A stretch of 20,000 bases of DNA, taken from the IMG/VR virus record IMGVR_UViG_3300002231_004964. One strand, 5' to 3'. A program made the translations under genes and the position numbers. The notes beneath the pieces were generated by a model. That model was not told the origin of the DNA, did not search any database, and saw only the letters and a list, made by a program, of their open reading frames with translations. Origin of the DNA: an uncultured virus (IMG/VR IMGVR_UViG_3300002231_004964) (taxonomy: Duplodnaviria; Heunggongvirae; Uroviricota; Caudoviricetes). Below, piece by piece: positions 17,901-20,000 of the stretch. Within the stretch, counting starts at the first letter, position 1. Every line of letters begins with the position of its first letter.

Positions 17901-19069
17901 TTATCGGCGTCAGACAACTCGTCGAGACGACGTTGGATGAGGTCCTTAGCGGACGATTGCGTTTCAGCCGACATTTCACGTTCCACCTGTCTCGTGGCTA
18001 GTCCAATTTGTTGTATGCTTGGAACGTATCTCGTCTTGCCGTAACTGTCTCGAACGGATTTATAAAATAATCGTCGAGGAGTGCCACGATTTGCGGAGTC
18101 AGGTAAAGGTTCATCTAATTTAGCAAGTTGAATTCGAATACGACTTTTTAACTCCTTCATTTTTCGGCTTTCAGCCGAAAATGTTTCCTCGGCTTGTTTT
18201 GTCGTCGTAGTCGACAAATCCGAGAACCAAGCGTCAATGCGCTCTAATTCCTTCGGCAATCGTTTCAAGACTTCCTCGGGGTGCGCTCGCTTAAGTGGGT
18301 CGAAACGACGGAGTTGATTACGAGGAATGATAATGGAAACTAAGCCTGTATCACCGTGAATAGAAAGTGGAAATCGCAATGGAGCGCGATATTTGTTTTG
18401 CGGGTAGTCGATAGTAATCTGTCCTGCCACGTGAGCCGCCCCTGCGGCTAAGGGTAAGTCGGTGGCTTGACTTAACTCTTGTAAGACTTCTTTAGTTTCG
18501 GCATAGGTTCTAATTTGACCGTCTTTAGCCCAAACGTGGAAGGAAGAACCTGTAAAGTTAATAAGAGCGTCGTATCCATTTTCTCGAAACCAATTGTAAA
18601 CTTGTTCTACCGCCTCGAGTAATCGAGACCAGGCTTGTTTGCCGAAGTCGGCTTGGTCGATGTCTAAATCGACTTGAATAAACGGCATCTCGTCGCGTTG
18701 AACGTGGTAAATGGGTGCGAGGTAACTGAAACCTTTATTGAAGCCGTGTTGCCCTTTAAAACGACCCTTTCTCGCCATGAAATCCGCAATGTCTTGGTCG
18801 GATTCCATCACAATATCAATTTTATCTCCTGCGTCGTTTGGTACAAGTCGTTTAACAATGAATTGAGGACGATTATCTTCAGGACTCCAACGCTTGGAAT
18901 AGGTTTGATACATTAAAGGTAATCCCTTCACTCGAGCAAGCATTTCAGGCAATACGTGTTCATAGTAGGCGAGTCGACGGTCTTGGGCGAGGCGAGCCTC
19001 GTCACCGACCGCATATTCAAAGAGCGAACGGTAGTTCGCCCTTGAAGTATCCTCGGCACGGAATAGCAT
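13951..19069 (-). CDS. Polyprotein A (~1705 aa after repairing 3 single-base indels): LigD-type primase-polymerase, small basic domain, Cys-His-Asp domain, unknown domain, LigD 3'-phosphoesterase, three ART-like domains
   Basis: The 1491-aa ORF (14594-19069) continues into the 168-aa ORF (13951-14457). Shifts are -1 at ~14612-14639, +1 at 14479-14483 and +1 at 14420-14421. The repair gives ...WLSNEINYAFYWYAVMQINSL...GPLSELPDIIESQRDETEVKIYRWLATS..., which matches polyprotein B's GTINYFFYYAVLRWI...QLNEIITSQFNDFSLKAYRWISV. Confidence 0.82.
15045..15775 (-). other. Domain: ART-like, R-S/T-ExE type paralog
   Basis: ILLYREI...PEDL...GIYWTP...AA...FILRALVDFEDINW...EECEIRLKQGAKIEL. Starts after IRAAE. 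Confidence 0.55.
15780..16495 (-). other. Domain: ART-like, R-S-ExE type paralog
   Basis: LKLYRGI...PEDF...GQSWTP...AA...YVLTALVPVDSIDW...DEKEIVLKXGAPIEL, bounded by TKKAE and IRAAE. Confidence 0.6.
16500..17040 (-). other. Domain: LigD 3'-phosphoesterase (PE)
   Basis: YSVQKHRAT...HRDIRIGLDGKLLSF...IRTEDHPFDYWWFEGEIPKDSYGAGPV matches the LigD-PE signature QxHxA...HxDxRL...EDHPxxY..FEG.IP...YGAG.V. Bounded by MAAE and KKAE. Confidence 0.92.
17495..17962 (-). other. Domain: papain/transglutaminase-like Cys-His-Asp fold
   Basis: WGDCGILADQL (Cys at a helix start), then GGHVVVTVDGESYDAYG (His and Asp on a beta hairpin). Bounded by EMSAE and GKGAE. Confidence 0.55.
18200..19050 (-). other. Domain: archaeo-eukaryotic primase (LigD-Pol / Prim-Pol type) polymerase
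   Basis: LAYYEHVLPEMLARVKGLPL (LigD-Pol N-terminal helix), IQVDLDID (motif I), FTGSSFHVW (motif II), ITIDYPQN (motif III), LRFPLSIH. Bounded by MLFRAE and KQAEETFSAE. Confidence 0.88.
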
Positions 19070-19090
19070 GTGTGTTCATCACCGTTACTA

Positions 19091-19099
19091 CTACTTAAA
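19091..19099 (-). promoter_or_regulatory. Archaeal TATA-like box TTTAAGTAG
   Basis: Located at -30..-22 relative to ATG 19069, adjacent to the upstream gene's stop codon. Confidence 0.65.
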
Positions 19100-19100
19100 T

Positions 19101-19940
19101 TTAAGGATAATTCAGCGTCTTGAAAACGGGGTGGTCTCGACAGAATAGCAAGTATTTTAAGGTTCGACCTATTCTCACCGCCCGAATCCAACTTTCTCTA
19201 TCTTTATAATAATAGAATCCCATCTTCGGTTCACTTCTACCTTTCGAGATAACGAAGTATTCGCCTGTTTCAACGTCATGCCAAGAGAAATTAAGGTAGT
19301 AATCCGTTGAACCCCCACCATAACTAGGTACAGTAAGAGAACTGCTTAACAAGTAATTGTTACCCGATAACCACTTATCATCTAAATTCTCATAAATTTC
19401 CCCTTTATTGCGAACTAATCTATCTGTGACTACAAGCGGTGTAGGTAATTGCCCTTTACTATAAGCCTCTTGTATCAGTAATGCGTAAGCCTTCATCTTT
19501 TCACGGTCTTCCTGTCGATACGATTTCAAATCTAAATAACCTATGAAAGGACTGTAGTAAGTGCACTGATTCCCATTGATAATCCAAGTCTCATCACGAC
19601 TCCAATAGTAAGTAACAGGTAATCCATCAGGAAGTGGATAAGTATTTTCAATACCTGGGTTAGCAGTAATCCAACCAGTTCCAGTACCCCAACGCCTTAC
19701 AGAAGAAATCGTTTGGAGATTACTCTCACGTTCCTCGCCTCGAGCCTGTCGCCAATCTTCTCCAAGTACTTCGTCCCAATCAAAAGTAACGTAGTATCTA
19801 TCTCGTATATTAACGCCCCGATAAACAAGAGGATAATCGGGTAAGTCGAACAATGTACGTAAAACCTCCCATACTCGAGTAAACCGAGGTAAGAGATATT
19901 CAACTTCCTCGCGGTCGAAATACCAACCATTCCTAACCAT
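19101..19940 (-). CDS. Hypothetical protein
   Basis: 279-aa Tyr/Trp-rich ORF with a TATA-like box at the usual spacing. No family recognised. Confidence 0.7.
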   Translation of the reverse strand: MVRNGWYFDREEVEYLLPRFTRVWEVLRTLFDLPDYPLVYRGVNIRDRYYVTFDWDEVLGEDWRQARGEERESNLQTISSVRRWGTGTGWITANPGIENTYPLPDGLPVTYYWSRDETWIINGNQCTYYSPFIGYLDLKSYRQEDREKMKAYALLIQEAYSKGQLPTPLVVTDRLVRNKGEIYENLDDKWLSGNNYLLSSSLTVPSYGGGSTDYYLNFSWHDVETGEYFVISKGRSEPKMGFYYYKDRESWIRAVRIGRTLKYLLFCRDHPVFKTLNYP

Positions 19941-19962
19941 AAGGTTAGTTTTGGCCGTTCGA

Positions 19963-19971
19963 CTACTTAAT
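19963..19971 (-). promoter_or_regulatory. Archaeal TATA-like box ATTAAGTAG
   Basis: Located at -31..-23 relative to ATG 19940. Confidence 0.55.
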
Positions 19972-20000
19972 AAGTCACTTCTAGTCTTCTAGCCACTCTT

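Noticed and set aside
8050..19069. Calling the locus a canonical ligD/Ku NHEJ operon
   Set aside because: There is no Ku in the window, the ligase is viral-type rather than a LigD ligase domain, and Pol and PE are separated by unrelated modules.
8050..19069. Inteins as the explanation for the long multidomain ORFs
   Set aside because: No C/S-start...HN-C/S/T splice junctions or LAGLIDADG motifs were seen at domain boundaries.
10166..19069. Polymorphic toxin locus with immunity genes
   Set aside because: No secretion or delivery repeats and no small interspersed immunity ORFs. The toxin-like domains are mixed with repair enzymes.
3523..19930. Remaining 60-90 aa ORFs nested in or antisense to larger genes (e.g. 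3523, 6244, 7394, 8815, 9043, 10804, 12529, 15678, 17449, 18674, 18928, 19697)
   Set aside because: They overlap well-supported genes almost entirely and lack RBS, promoter or motif support.
1..20000. tRNA/rRNA genes, integrase, transposase, capsid or terminase genes
   Set aside because: None recognised, and intergenic gaps are too short for RNA genes. The viral assignment is therefore indirect.

Overview
This window looks like part of a large virus or other mobile element of an archaeon. The host is inferred to be a marine euryarchaeon, possibly Poseidoniales/MGII. Supporting signs are archaeal TATA boxes about 23-30 nt upstream of start codons, GGTGA/GAGGTG ribosome-binding sites before internal operon genes, no GATC or AGCT found by eye in 20 kb, and viral-type repair enzymes. 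The left part holds a 3'-truncated sufB, a secreted Ca-binding DxDxDG-repeat protein with a Gly-Gln linker, two paralogous membrane proteins, an Fpg/Nei glycosylase, an HTH protein, a Holliday-junction-resolvase-like endonuclease and hypothetical genes. The right 11 kb (8050-19069, minus strand) is the main discovery: three tandem polyprotein-like genes whose unrelated domains are separated by a recurring x-x-A-E (or L-S-E) motif, a candidate protease cleavage signal. After repairing six single-base frameshifts, polyprotein A (~1705 aa) holds a LigD-type primase-polymerase, a Cys-His-Asp domain, a LigD 3'-phosphoesterase and three ADP-ribosyltransferase (ART)-like domains. Polyprotein B (~1261 aa) holds a Zn finger, four ART-like domains and a HAD nucleotidase. 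Polyprotein C (696 aa) holds an unknown domain and an ATP-dependent DNA ligase. The inferred system is a proteolytically processed, possibly virion-packaged kit for DNA repair and ADP-ribosylation. All domain calls come from motif recognition by eye, not database searches.
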